A program made the translations under genes and the position numbers. 64,000 nt of DNA from Mobula hypostoma (Eukaryota). The DNA lies in contig NC_086103.1 of assembly GCF_963921235.1 (NCBI RefSeq), positions 72,726,001-72,790,000 on the forward strand. Direction: 5' to 3'. The notes under the pieces were generated by a model. The model did no database searches. It saw only the letters and a list, made by a program, of their open reading frames with translations, and had not been told where the DNA came from. Position 1 is the first letter of the stretch; every line of letters begins with the position of its first letter. Positions 49,852 through 61,856 of this stretch are shown in pieces.

Positions 49852-52398
49852 TGTCATGGTCCAATCTGTGAAGTCCTCATTCCGGTTCATCAACCCTTGC
49901 TCCAGGTTTTCCTGTCTACCCTGTTTCTGTTCCTGTTGAGCGCTAATTGAGGCAGCTGATTCTCGTTGGGGCTGGCTGCATAAATACCTCCAGAGAGCAG
50001 GGCGTGGCTGCTGGATTGTTCTTGTCCTTACTCCTTGTATCCCTTCTCCTGCCTTCTGTTTCCTTGCCTGAAGCCTTGCCTTGTCTTGCTGGTAACTCTC
50101 GCCTCGCCTGAAGTTCTCACCTTGCCTTGCATTGTCTGAAGTCTTGCCTTGTCTTGCTGGTAACTCTTGCCTCGCCTGAAGTTCTTACCTCGTCTTGCAT
50201 TGCCAGAAGCCTTGCCTTGTCTTGCTGGTAACTCTCACCTCGCCTCGCCCGAAGTTCTTGTCTCGCCTTGCATTGCCTGAAGCCTTGCCCTGTCTTGCCG
50301 GTAATTCTTGCCTCGCCTCGCCTGAAGTCTTGTCTTGGAGCCACCCTGTATCTAGGACCCTTCCTGTCCTTTGCCTCTGCCAGGTAAGCCAGGCCAGATT
50401 GCTGTTACCCTGCAATTGGTTCTGTCCCTTCCTGTCCCTTGCCTCCATCACGCGGAGATCCGCGCCCTGCCCAGGTGATCCGCACCCTGCCCAGGAGTAC
50501 CGCGCCCTGCCCAGGAGGAGCTTCAAGACCCCAAGCCTCCAGCCAAGCCTCGCCTCAATACTCTGGCCTCACCTCACCTCAAGACTCTGGCCGAGCCTCG
50601 CCTCAAGTCTCTAGCCGAGTCTCGCCCCAAGCCAAGCTTCAAGACCCCAAGCCTCAAGCCTCACCTCAAGTCTCTAGTCTCAAGTCTAGAGACTTGAGTC
50701 CCCAGCCTCGCCTCAAGTCTCTGGTCCCCAGCCTCGCCTCAAGTCTCTGGCCTCAAGCCTCGACTCAAGTCTCTGGTCTCAAGCCTCGCCTCAAGTCTCT
50801 GGTCCTAATCCTTGCCTCAAGTCTCTGGTCTCAAGCCCCTGGTCTCAAGCCTCACCTCAAGTCTCTGGTCCTAAGCCTTTCCTCAAGTCTCAAGCCTCGC
50901 CTCAAGTCTCAAGCCTGAAGACTCCAGCCTCGTCCTGCCTGCCAGCCAAGTCACGTCCTTGCCTAATTCTGGGGTCCGAGCCAGAAGCAAGACCCAGATT
51001 CTGGGTCCTTGTCCAGTCTCTGGCTTGGAGTCCAAACCCTGGCTGCTAGCTCTCTTGTCCTGTCCTGTTCTGGGTTCCCAGTTTTTGTGTCCATGCCCTA
51101 GCCCTCACCCTGTATCCTAGTCTTGTCCCTAGTACTATGTGTCTTGCACTTGGGTCTGTTCCCAGCCACCTCCCTATGACAGAACAATCCAACCAACCAT
51201 GGACCCAGTGACACAGACACTATCATTTTCCTTTTGCCACCCAGGGTTTTCTTCTGTGAAATACCCTCCCACCTGCCCGGGTCATCCATAGTCTGGATAG
51301 CTTGTTTGGTCACCTGGAGGCTCCCATAGAGCGGGGGACTGTCATGGGCTGGTCCGTGAAGTCCGCATTCTGGTTCACGGTCCGGTCCATCGACTCTTGC
51401 TCCAGGTTTGCCTGTCTACCCTGTTTCTGTTCCTGTTGAACACTAATTGAGGCAGCTGATTCTCGTTGGGGCTGGCTACATAAATACCTCCAGGGTGTGG
51501 CTGCTGGATTGTTCTTGTCCTTACTCCTTGTATCCCTTCCCCTGCATTCTGTTTCCTTGCCTGAAGCCTTGCCTTGTCTTGCCGGTAACTCTTGCCTTGC
51601 CTCGCCCGAAGTTCTTATTTCGCCTTGCATTGCCTGAAATCTTGCCTTGTCTTGCCGGTAATTCTTGCCTCGCCTTGCCTGAAGTCTTGTCTTGGAGCCA
51701 CCCTGTATCTAGGTCCCTTCCTGTCCTTTGCCTCCGCCAGGTAAGTCAGGCCAGATTGTCGTTACCCTGCAGTGGGTTCTGTCCCTTCCTGTCCCTTGCC
51801 TCCATTGGTTGGAGATCCGTGCCCTACCCAGGTAATCCGTGCTCCCAGGAGGAGCTTGAAGACCCCAAGCCTCTAGCCGAGCCTCGCCCCAAGCCAAGCT
51901 TCAAGACCTCAAGCCTCTGGTCCCCAGCCTCGCCTCAAGCCTCTGGTCCCCAGCCTCGCCTCAAGTCTCTGGCCTCAAGCCTCCCCTCAAGTAACTGATC
52001 TCAAGCCCCTGGTCTCTAGCCTTTCCTCAAGTATCTGATCTCAAGTGCCTGGTCTCTAGCCTCGCCTCAAGTCTCAGGTCTCTAGCCTTGCCTTAAGTCT
52101 CTAGCCTCGCCTCAAGTCTCCAGCCTGGAGAATCCAGCCTCATCCTGCCTGCCAGCCAAGTCACGTCCTTGCCTAGTTCTTGGGTCCGAGCCAGAGGCAA
52201 GACCCAGGTTCTGGGTCCTTGTCCAGTCTGTGGCTCGGAGTCCAAGCCCGGGCTCCTAGCTCTCTTGTCCAGTCCTGTTCCGGGTTCCTGGTTTTCGTGT
52301 CCATGTCCTTGCCCTCACCCTGTATCCTAGTCCTGTCCCTAGTACTTCAATGTCTCTGTCTTGCACTTGGGTCCATTCCCAGCCACCTCCTTACGACA
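49852..52398 (+). mobile_element. Complete non-autonomous two-LTR element (Tf1/sushi-like): 5' LTR 49852-51181, internal 51182-51339, 3' LTR 51340-52398
   Basis: TG...CA on both LTRs, 5-bp TSD GTTTT (49847-49851 and 52399-52403), gag-like start ATGGACCCA (51199), purine tract AGAGCGGGGGA (51328-51338). Confidence 0.93.
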
Positions 52399-52410
52399 GT
52401 TTTATGTTAT

Positions 52411-52545
52411 GTACAGTTCTGATGAAGGGTCTCAGCCCAAAACCTCAACTGTACTCTTATCCATAGATGCTGCCTGGCCAGCTGAGTTCCTCCAGCAATT
52501 TGTGTGTGTTGCTTGGATTTGCAACATCAGCAGATTTTCTTTTGT
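52411..52545 (+). mobile_element. Penelope-like terminal fragment with a minimal type I hammerhead fold (52411-52454)
   Basis: Stem I GTACAGTT/AACTGTAC, core CTGATGA, stem II GGG/CCC, core GAAA mutated to AAAA. Confidence 0.75.
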
Positions 52546-52559
52546 TTCCCATGTAAGTT

Positions 52560-53830
52560 CTGGCTGGCCTGTCTCAAGTTCTAGATTCCTCAGTCAGGGA
52601 AAACACCTTCCTTGCATTTTTTCTGCCAAGTTCGTGAAGGTTTTTGTATGTTTTTTTGAAGTTGAAGAGAGTACAATCCCAATCTACTCAATATCTTCTC
52701 ATTTAGAAACACTACCAATCCTGAATTGTTATTGCACTCTGCCAATGGCAATTGCATCCTTTCTTAGGTAAGAGGTCAAAACGGTCCTCTATATTCTAGG
52801 GTGCTTTTTCCAAGCCATTCTACAAGAACAACATGACTTGCTCATTGCTGCAGTCAGATTCTCTTGTAAACGATAATCTACCATTTGCACCTACATCAGA
52901 CTTTGGTCTCTATAAACTTTAACACTGCCTTATCACTGCCATTTAATAATTAATTCATTTTTATATTCATTGTACCAGAATGGATAAGCTTTGAATTTTT
53001 TCACATTGTATTCCATTTGTCATTTTCTTGCCCTGTCACTGAGCTTGTTTATATAACCTTGCAGCCTCTTCACATCCTGCTTTGTGCTCCCAATCCCTCT
53101 TGGTCTAACACTATTGGAAAATGCAGAATATATAACTCGTTCCCTCATATATTTCATTGCATCTCAGTCCTGAATGATGATGCCTTATTTTGAGATTTTG
53201 AGATGATGATCCCTACAGGCAAAGTATCTCTTACACCTGCCCTTTGAAGCCCTCTCAGAATTATATACATTTCAATCAGTTCTCCTCCTATTCATCTGAG
53301 CTCTGCTGTGTATCAACATTTATTTCTTCTGATCCAAGTCTTTTTTATCTGCCTATTGGTATACTAAGCTTTCAGTGACCATGTACACAGACACCCAGGT
53401 TCTTTGAATACCCAATCACTCCACCATATAACAAAAACCTGTTTTTCTGATGTTCCTACTGAAGTGGATCATGTCACATTTCTCTACATTATATTCTATT
53501 CGGCATCTCCTTGTCTATTTAGCCACTCTTCCCTGTCCCGCTGATTTCTCCTTGCATTCTCTGGAAATCTCACACAGTTAATTACCTATTGTTAAATCTT
53601 GGAAATGTTGCCCTTCAGCTAACTCTTTGATATATGTTATGAAGAGAAGAGGGTCCAACCCTATGACTATGGATCTCAACCACTTGCAGTTTCCTAACTC
53701 AAGCTTATTCCATCTGTTTTCTCTGTTAACCAATGCAGATTTCAAAATTAACCCCAGTCCAATGTGTTCTAATCACCTCTAACTGTGGCAGTTTAAAAAT
53801 CCTCCAGTGGTCAAAATGCTTAATATCCAC
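52560..53830 (-). mobile_element. Old degraded CR1 LINE RT fragment
   Basis: Patchy CR1 motifs on the minus strand (ORF 53726-53965 FDHWRIFKLP; GCAATTGCATCC; TACAAGAACAACATGAC). Confidence 0.5.
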
Positions 53831-54527
53831 CTGTTCTCCGTAATCTTTTCTACAAGTTGTATAAACTTGAAGTGAATAAAATTGCATGACAGGCATTGAA
53901 AAACTTAAAAATAAATTTAATGTTTTTCTGTGACACAGACAAGCACACAGTTCTGTTAAGCACAAGTAAATGCTTTATTATATACAATGGAAATGATGTT
54001 GCTTACTTACATCTCTGATATCAATGTGTTTTGTTTGGATAAACTGCACTGTTGAATATAAAAGGTAACAAGTATGCATTGAAGTTGATTTTAATTGAAA
54101 TGTTTATGTTTAGAACCTTAAATTTGGTGAACATATTTGCATAAGGCAGGCTGTGAATGTTTGCAGTTAAAGTGAAAGTAAGACTTGCACTTAATAAATG
54201 CTTTTCGCACTGAACAGCCATTGGGGTACGTATTTCCACAGACAGGGATGTGGTGATGATCAGATGTAGATCCTGATTGTAGATTTATTCATTAGATTGC
54301 CAGTTGTTTAGGAATTGAGTTAATTTCTTGTTCTTAAAGATAATCAAAGTCATGAAAATACAGAAAGACATAATATGACAATAATAGTGATATTGTGTCT
54401 GTTCATAGAATTTGCAACAAGGTAAACAAATCAGTGACATAGATAGAAGTAATCCTGATTTCATCACCTTGTGGAAACATGTCCACAATGTTTAATGAAG
54501 AAGCTCAGTGATATTTCAAGAACTTGG

Positions 54528-54960
54528 TGTCATCTGGGGGGCATTGGTAGTGGACCGAAATGCAAGACACAGACACTGAAGTACTAGGAACAGGACTCTG
54601 TGTGTCAAGAAAGCAGGGGATGTGGGGAAGAAAGGACGCTGGACATTGACACAGGCCCTGGACAAGACTAGGGTGCAGGGCCTGGTCTAGGACATGGACA
54701 AGAAACATGGAACCTGGACAAGGAACTTGGACCAAGGAGCCTGGACTAGGGACAAAGGACTCCAGAACTAGAGCCCGGACAAGGACCCAGAACCTGGGTC
54801 TTGGTGGGGACTAGGAACCTTGGAGCCTTGGGCTTGGAACTCAGGAACATGGAACACAGAGCTGGGATCCCTCCTTGGAAACAGGACCAGGGGCCGGGGC
54901 TCTTTCTATACACAGAACACTGAACACAAAGAGACAGTTCTCCACTCAGGGTAGCGGCAA
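54528..54960 (-). mobile_element. 3' portion of a sushi-like LTR related to the 15483 family
   Basis: TGTCAT terminus; reverse complement of U5 block GTACTTCAGTGTCTGTGTCTTGCA. Confidence 0.75.
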
Positions 54961-54964
54961 ACGG

Positions 54965-57900
54965 AACCTGAAGATGACTATCGACAGTTTAAATGCTGGA
55001 AAGACTCAGAGTTGACTTGGAAGGCGTCACCAGGATGGAAAAACAGGAGGCTGAAGGGGTAGCCTCGGCTAAATGTTTCAGTTTGGAGAAACTCAAACAG
55101 CAGCTACCAATCGAGGGAATGAGGAAGAATACGGATTCGAAGGATGATGTGCTGGACATGTGGTACACGCTGCCTTTCGCTAACTTCCCCGTCATTGAGG
55201 AAGAGACCTTTGGCCCTTCTCAGTTGTAGTGGGGAGGGCTAGCTCTGGGCAGTCTGAGTTACGGCCGGATCAGGAAGGAAAAGAAGCGGGGCCCCGGACA
55301 CGGGACAGGGGGCTCCGAGTTGTAATGGTGGCCTGAGTGAAAGAGTACTCAGCAAGCAGGCCCGAAGTATCCCTAGAAGTGTCTGAGCCTTTAGGGTTTA
55401 GGTGAGGGGGTACCGAGGTCTCGGAGGATTAGGGAGCTCTCAGACAGGTTGGCCTATGTAGCGCCCGTGGACGGGCGGAAGGTCCATTGTTTGGGAAGCA
55501 ATGTCACTGTGTGTATCTGGATGGGTTTCTGTGTCTGTAGGACTGGTTGCCGAGTTATTTAGAAGTCATGAGGACATGACTTTATTTGGTGGGGGGAGAG
55601 TGTAAGGGGTTTCATTTTTTATGTCACTGCGTAGTCTAATTGAAAGGGCTTCTTTGTTATGTTAACTGCTGAGAAAGTCCTTCCCGTGCATGAGTGGGCC
55701 AGTGAAGGAGTGGAGCTTTGAGGCTATGACTCGAGAGGCTTCGACAAGAAGAGGCGGAGGACAAGCCAGCTCGCAGTTAGTTTTTACTATGTCTCCTGAG
55801 ACGGTGATGTGCCTCTCATGTAAGATGTGGCAGTCTTGGGGGAACTCCCCTCTCCCACAGAGTCACATCTGCCAGAAGTGCATACGGCTGGGCAATCTGG
55901 AAGACCGTGTAAGGAATCTGGAGCAGCACCTGAATGACCTTCGACTCATAAGGGAGAATGAGGCAGTCATAGATGAGAGCTACAGGGAGGTAGTCACACC
56001 TAGGCTGTCGGAAGCAGGCCGTTGGGTGACAGTCAGAGGGGGGAAAGTGAAGGTGAGCAGACAGGTAGTGCAGAGCACCCCTGTAGCCATTCCCCTGAAT
56101 AATAATTTTACCATCCTGTATACTGTTGGCAGGGACGACTGACCAGGTGTGAGCCACGGTGGCAGGGCCTCCAGCACTGAGTCTGACCCTGTGGTGCAGA
56201 AGGGTGGGACGGAGAAGAGGAGAGCTGTCATTATTGAAGACTCTATAGTCAGGGGAGCAGACAGGAGATTTTGTGGACGTGAGAAGGACACCCGCATGGT
56301 TTGTTGCCTCCCGGGTGCCAGGGTCCGGGATGTCTCTGACTGGGTGCACGACATCCTGGTATGAGAGGGAAAGCAACCAGAAGTCGTGATACATGTTGGG
56401 ACCAACGACATAGGCAGAAAGAGGGATGAGGTCCAGAAGTGTGAGTTTCGGGAACTAGGCAGAAGGCTGAAGAACAAGACCTCAAGGGTGGCGTTCTCAG
56501 GATTGCTGCCAGTGCTACGTGACAGTGATGGTAAGAATTGGAGGAGATGGCAGTTGAATGCGTGGCTGAGGAGTTGGTGCAGGGAGCAGGGTTTTAGATT
56601 TTTAGATCATTGGGATCTCTTCTGGGGAAGGTGGGACCTGTACAGATTGGATGGGTTGCACCTGAACTCGAGGGGGAGCAATATCCTTGCAGGTAGGTTT
56701 GCTAGCATGGTTCGGGAGGGTTTAAACTAATTTGCAAGGGGGATGGGACCCAGAGCGATAGAGCAGTGAAAGAAGTGCATGGAGTAAAGCCAGATCTAAC
56801 ATATAGAGAGGCTTTGAGGAAAGAGAAGCAGAATAAATGGTGTAAAGACAGTAAGGTAGAAGGGCTGAAATGTGTGTACCTCAATGCAAGAAACATCAGG
56901 AACAAAGGTGATGAACTGAGAGCTTGGATAAATACATGGAATTATGATGTAGTTAGTGGCCATTACAGAGACTTGGCTGGCACCAGGGCAGGAATGGATT
57001 CTCAATATTCCTGGATTTCAGTGCTTTAAAAGGGATAGAGAGGGCAGAAAAAGTGGAGGAGGGGTGACATTACTGGTCAGGGATACTATTACAGCTACAG
57101 AAAGCGGGGGTAATGTAGCAGGATCCTCTTTTTAGTCAATATGGGTGGAAGTCAGGAACAGGAAGGGAGCAGTTACTCTACTAGGGGAATTCTATAGGAC
57201 CCCTGGTAGCAGCAGAGATACAGAGGAGCAGATTGGGAGGCAGATTTTGGAAAGGTGCAAAAATAACAGGGTTGTTATCATAGGTGACTTTAACTTCCCT
57301 AATATTGATTGGCACCTGATTAGTTCCAAAGGTTTAAGTGTGTCCAGGACGGATTCCTGTCACAGTATGTGGACAGGCCAACCAGGGGGAATGCCATACT
57401 AGATCTAGTACTAGGTAATGTACCGGGTCAGATCACAGATCTCTCAGTGGGTGAGCATCTGGGGGACAGTGACCACTGCTCCCTGGCCTTTAGCATTATC
57501 ATGGAAAAGGATAGAATCAGAGATGACAGGAAAATTTTTAATGGGGGAAGGGCAAATTATGAGGCTATAAGGCTAGAACTTGCGGGTGTGAATTGGGATG
57601 ATATTTTTGCAGGGAAATGTACTATGGACATGTGGTCGATGTTTAGAGATCTCTTGCAGGATGTTAGGGATAAATTTGTCCTGGTGAGGAAGATAAAGAA
57701 TGATAGGGTGAAGGAACCATGGGTGACAAGTGAGGTGGAAAATCTAGTCAGGTGGAAGAAGGCAGCGTACATGAGGTTTAGGAAGCAAGGATCAGATGGG
57801 TCTATTGAGGAATATAGGGAAGCAAGAAAGGAGCTTAAGAAGGGACTGAGAAGAGCAAGAAGGGGACATGAGAAGACCTTGGCGAGTAGGGTAAAGGAAA

Positions 57901-60283
57901 ACCCCAAGGCATTCTTCAATTATGTGCAGAAAAAAAGGATGACAGGAGTGAAGGTAGGACCGATTAGAGATAAAGGTGGGAAGATGTGCCAGGAGGCTAT
58001 GGAAGTGAGCGAGGTCCTCAATGAATACTTTTCTTCGGTATTCACCAATGAGAGGGAATTTGATGATGGTGAGGACAATATGAGTGAGGTTGATGTTCTG
58101 GAGCATGTTGATATTAATGGAGAGGAGGTGTTGGAGTTGTTAAAATACATTAGGACAGATAAGTCCCCGGGCATGACGGAATATTCCCCAGGCTGCTCCA
58201 TGAGGCGAGGGAAGAGATTGCTGAGCCTCTGGCTTGGATCTTTATGTCCTTGTTGTCCACGGGAATGGTACCGGAGGATTGGAGGGAGGCGAATGTTGTC
58301 CCCTTGTTCAAAAAAGGTAGTAGGGATAGTCCGGGTAATTATAGACCAGTGAGCCTTACATCTGCTGGAAAGCTGTTGGAAAAGATTCTTAGAGATAGGA
58401 TCTATAGGCATTTAGAGAATCATGGTCTGATCAGGGACAGTCAGCGTGGCTTTGTGAAGGGCAGATCATGTCTAACAAGCCTGATAGAGTTCTTTGAGGA
58501 AGTGACCAGGCATATAGATGAGGGTAGTGCAGTGGATGTGATCTATATGGATTTTCGTAAGGCATTTGACAAGGTTCCACACGGTAGGCTTATTCAGAAA
58601 GTTAGAAGGCGTGGGATCCAGGGAAGTTTGGCCAGGTGGATTCAGAATTGGCTTGCCTGCAGAAGGCAGAGGGTGGTGGTGGAGGGAGTACATTCAGATT
58701 GGCGGATTGTGACTAGTGGTGTCCCACAAGGATCTGTTCTGGGACCTCTACTTTTCCTGATTTTTATTGATGACCTGGATGTGGGGGTAGAAGGGTGGGT
58801 TGGCAAGTTTGCAGATGACACAAAGGTTGGTGGTGTTGTAGATAGTGTAGACAGTTGTCGAAGATTGCAGAGAGACATTGATAGGATGCAGAAGTGGGCT
58901 GAGAAGTGGCAGATGGAGTTCAACCCGGAGAAGTGTGAGGCGGTACACTTTGGAAGGACAAACTCCAAGGCAGAGTACAAAGTAAATGGCAGGATACCTG
59001 GTAGTGTGGAGGAGCAGAGGGATCTTGGGGTACATGTCCACAGATCCCTGAAAGTTGTCTCACAGTTGGATAGGGTAGTTAAGAAAGCTTATGGGGTGTT
59101 AGCTTTCATAAGTCGAGGGATAGAGTTAAGAGTCGCGATGTAATGATGCAGCTCTATAAAACTCTGGTTAGGCCACACTTGGAGTAATGCGTCCAGTTCT
59201 GGTCACCTCACTACAGGAAGGATGTGGAAGCATTGGAAAGGGTACAGAGGAGACTTACCAGGATGCTGCCTGGTTTAGAAAGTATGCATTATGATCAGAG
59301 ATTAAGGGAGCTAGGGCTTACTCTTTGGAGAGAAGGAGGATGAGAGGAGACATGGTAGAGGTGTACAAGATAATAAGAGGAATAGATAGAGTGGATAGCC
59401 AACGCCTCTTCCCCAGGGCACCACTGCTCAATACAAGAGGACATGGGTTTAAGGTAAGGGGTGGGAAGTTCAAGGGGGATATTAGAGGAAGGTTTTTTAC
59501 TCAGAGAGTGGTTGGTGCGTGGAATGCACTGCCTGAGTCAGTGGTGGAGACAGATACACTAGTGAAGTTTAAGAGACTACTAGACAGGTATATGGAGGAA
59601 TTTAAGGTGGGGGCTTATATGGGAGGCAGGGTTTGAGGGTCGGCACAACATTGTGGGCTGAAGGGCCTGTACTGTGCTGTACTATTCTATGTTCTATGTT
59701 CTATGTTAGCAGTCGGTTGAATCATGTTACTGATAAGAAGATGTTATGAACCAATTGCGGTAGTTGTTATGTTTTTGGTGTATCTGTAAGATATTGTATG
59801 CGCGGTGTTTTCGGGGAGAAGGCGGGAGAGAGAGACAGAGGATGGACCAGGTGCTGTGAATCCGCTAACGGAGTCGGACCCCGAGCGGGGCGTTTGGAGA
59901 GGAGACGGAGACGGACTCGTGTGGAGCATCTGGTCGACCACCGTTGTTGGTCCCAGGCGGCCAGGCGAGGTGGTCCGAGGGGTCGCAGGGTGAAGAAGAA
60001 GGGTCCTGAGCTCCAACTGTTTGTGCACAAAGAGATTGAACTTTGATAAGTGTGACGCCTTTGATTTTCCTTTTATATTTTATTCTCTATTAATTATATA
60101 GTTCCAGTAATATCTATAAACTGTAAATCACTTAATCGTATCTGGTGTATTGTCTGTTATTTGGACGGGGTGGGGTACATCACACAGCATCCACACAAAC
60201 TGTTACCCAGTTTGGCAGGGCTGAGGGCTGTTTCTCTAGGCGGCAGCGAGCCGAGCGACCCTGAGGCTGGCCGGGGGGCTACA
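54965..60283 (+). mobile_element. 3' end of a Gypsy element: pol tail, PPT and 3' LTR (55601-55686 plus 59707-60283) split by a CR1
   Basis: VPRSRRIRELSDRLAY tail; PPT GGTGGGGGGAGAG directly before TGTAAGG; LTR homologous to 9602-10292 and ending GGCTACA. Confidence 0.85.
55687..59706 (+). mobile_element. Near full-length CR1 LINE (ORF1 Cys/His finger, coiled coil, esterase; ORF2 APE and RT)
   Basis: CLSCKMW..HICQKC; VCCLPGARVRDV..HVGTND; YLNARNIRNK; QRGFVKGRSCLTSLIEFFE..SGVPQGSVLGP..KFADDTK; (TTCTATG)3 tail. Several stops and frameshifts. Confidence 0.96.
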
Positions 60284-61419
60284 CCATTTATTATTAGAAG
60301 CTTTGAACATTGAAGTAACAGAGTCGTACTGTAGTTGTACAGAGTCTTGGCAAGTCTGCACTGGGCAGGTCGTGCAGAGTTTTGGTTTCTTAACCATGAA
60401 GAGACATACCTGCCACAGAGAGAGAACAATGAATAACTGGAGTCACAGACAGCAATTCACACCACCCTTCCCCCACGCTTCAATGTAGTGAGTGCTGGAT
60501 ATATTTGGAGAGTTCAAGATCAAGTCATGGTTTGAACACATTAGTCGTCCATTTGGTCAGAATATATCTGAACAGCCCTTTGCATCAGTCAGCGTACAGA
60601 CATTTACTCTCATCTGAAAATTGCTCACTTATCATTGTTTCTCATAAACTGGAGGCACAGCAATCTGAGACAGAGTGAATATATATCTGCAGCCTGGATC
60701 TTTTTCATGGAATCAATTTGATCACTCTGTAAATCATCATCCTAATACTTCCATTCTTTGGTGTTATGTTAAATTCTGTCTGCAGGATTTTTTTTAGCTT
60801 TAATGATGCAATATAAATCATTATCAGGCCCTACATTACATTTAATTACAGTTGTTCTGCGTGAAAAATAACTGAATACCCTGGCTCGTGCAAATCAGTC
60901 TTGTTCTGTTGTTTCTGTCCATCTCCTTCTGGCCATTATCATGGTTCATTTTCCCTGCTCATCCTTTCTCACACTCCATTCTTCCGATCACTTCCCCATC
61001 TCCCACTGACTCCCCACCTCCTTGATATCTCTTCTTCACATCTATCAGCCAGTCACCTCCCAATTACTGGGGTCTGATCTTCATCTCACCTTTACCTGTG
61101 AGCTGCCCGGGAAGTGCACCAGACATCTGATGTAGGCAGGTCTGACCACAGCCCCAGTATCACTCCCAGTGTCAGTGCTTATTACAGCATGATTCAATAA
61201 TTTGCAGTTTGCAGTTCAGAGACTCTTGAGTCACCATTAAGCCTCTTCACAGTTGAACAGAGATTGAAAGTCCCTTCACTCCTCAGCAACAAATGACCTT
61301 GACTCCAGTCTTGAACTGCGTTGACAGACCAAATTTAGACTGCCAGTGCAGAGCAGGCTGGAGTTAAAACAGAAAATAGTGGAATCACCTTATCTGGGTC
61401 TCACTCACTCCGTACTTCA

Positions 61420-61856
61420 CCCTCGGTTCCGTTCACGTACGAAGCATTGAAACGTGACGCAAAGTGACAGGACTCAACCGGACCAGCGACTCAGCAGTTC
61501 GAACAGCCAGTTGGATACTTGGCAATTTGCCCATTCGTGTTACTGATGGACATTTCAGACACGAATTCTGTCGATGTCGCGTCACATCTGTAGTCGGAAG
61601 AAGAGTTTTATCTCAAAACCGGGAACTGAAAGCAACGGTGAAGGAAAATCATGCACGTTTAGACTTTGATGGTAACGCCTGGGAGGAGACGACTGTTTGA
61701 TAACACCTGCCTCATTTCTCCGGGGTGTCGGTGAAAAACACCCGTGTTCCTGTGGGAGGAAATCTTGTCCACGACAAGCCGGAAGGAACAGTTTAACTCG
61801 CAGCCACAGCATCTGCTGCAGCGACACGGACAGCGGCCGCCACAGTGTCCGGCGCG
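61420..61856 (+). promoter_or_regulatory. CpG-rich promoter and 5' UTR of the TIM-family gene
   Basis: High local CpG density; GGAACTGAAA (61622-61631; ETS-IRF composite pattern); several GGAA cores; no obvious TATA box. Confidence 0.55.

Noticed and set aside
50117-52422. ORFs of 75-183 aa that look S/P/L-rich or mucin-like
   Set aside because: All lie inside the tandemly repetitive LTRs and have no splice or domain support.
55816-58980. Long minus-strand ORFs (192, 165, 163, 120 aa)
   Set aside because: Antisense shadows of CR1 ORF1/ORF2; similar shadows occur at 39000-39398 and over the Rex1 element.
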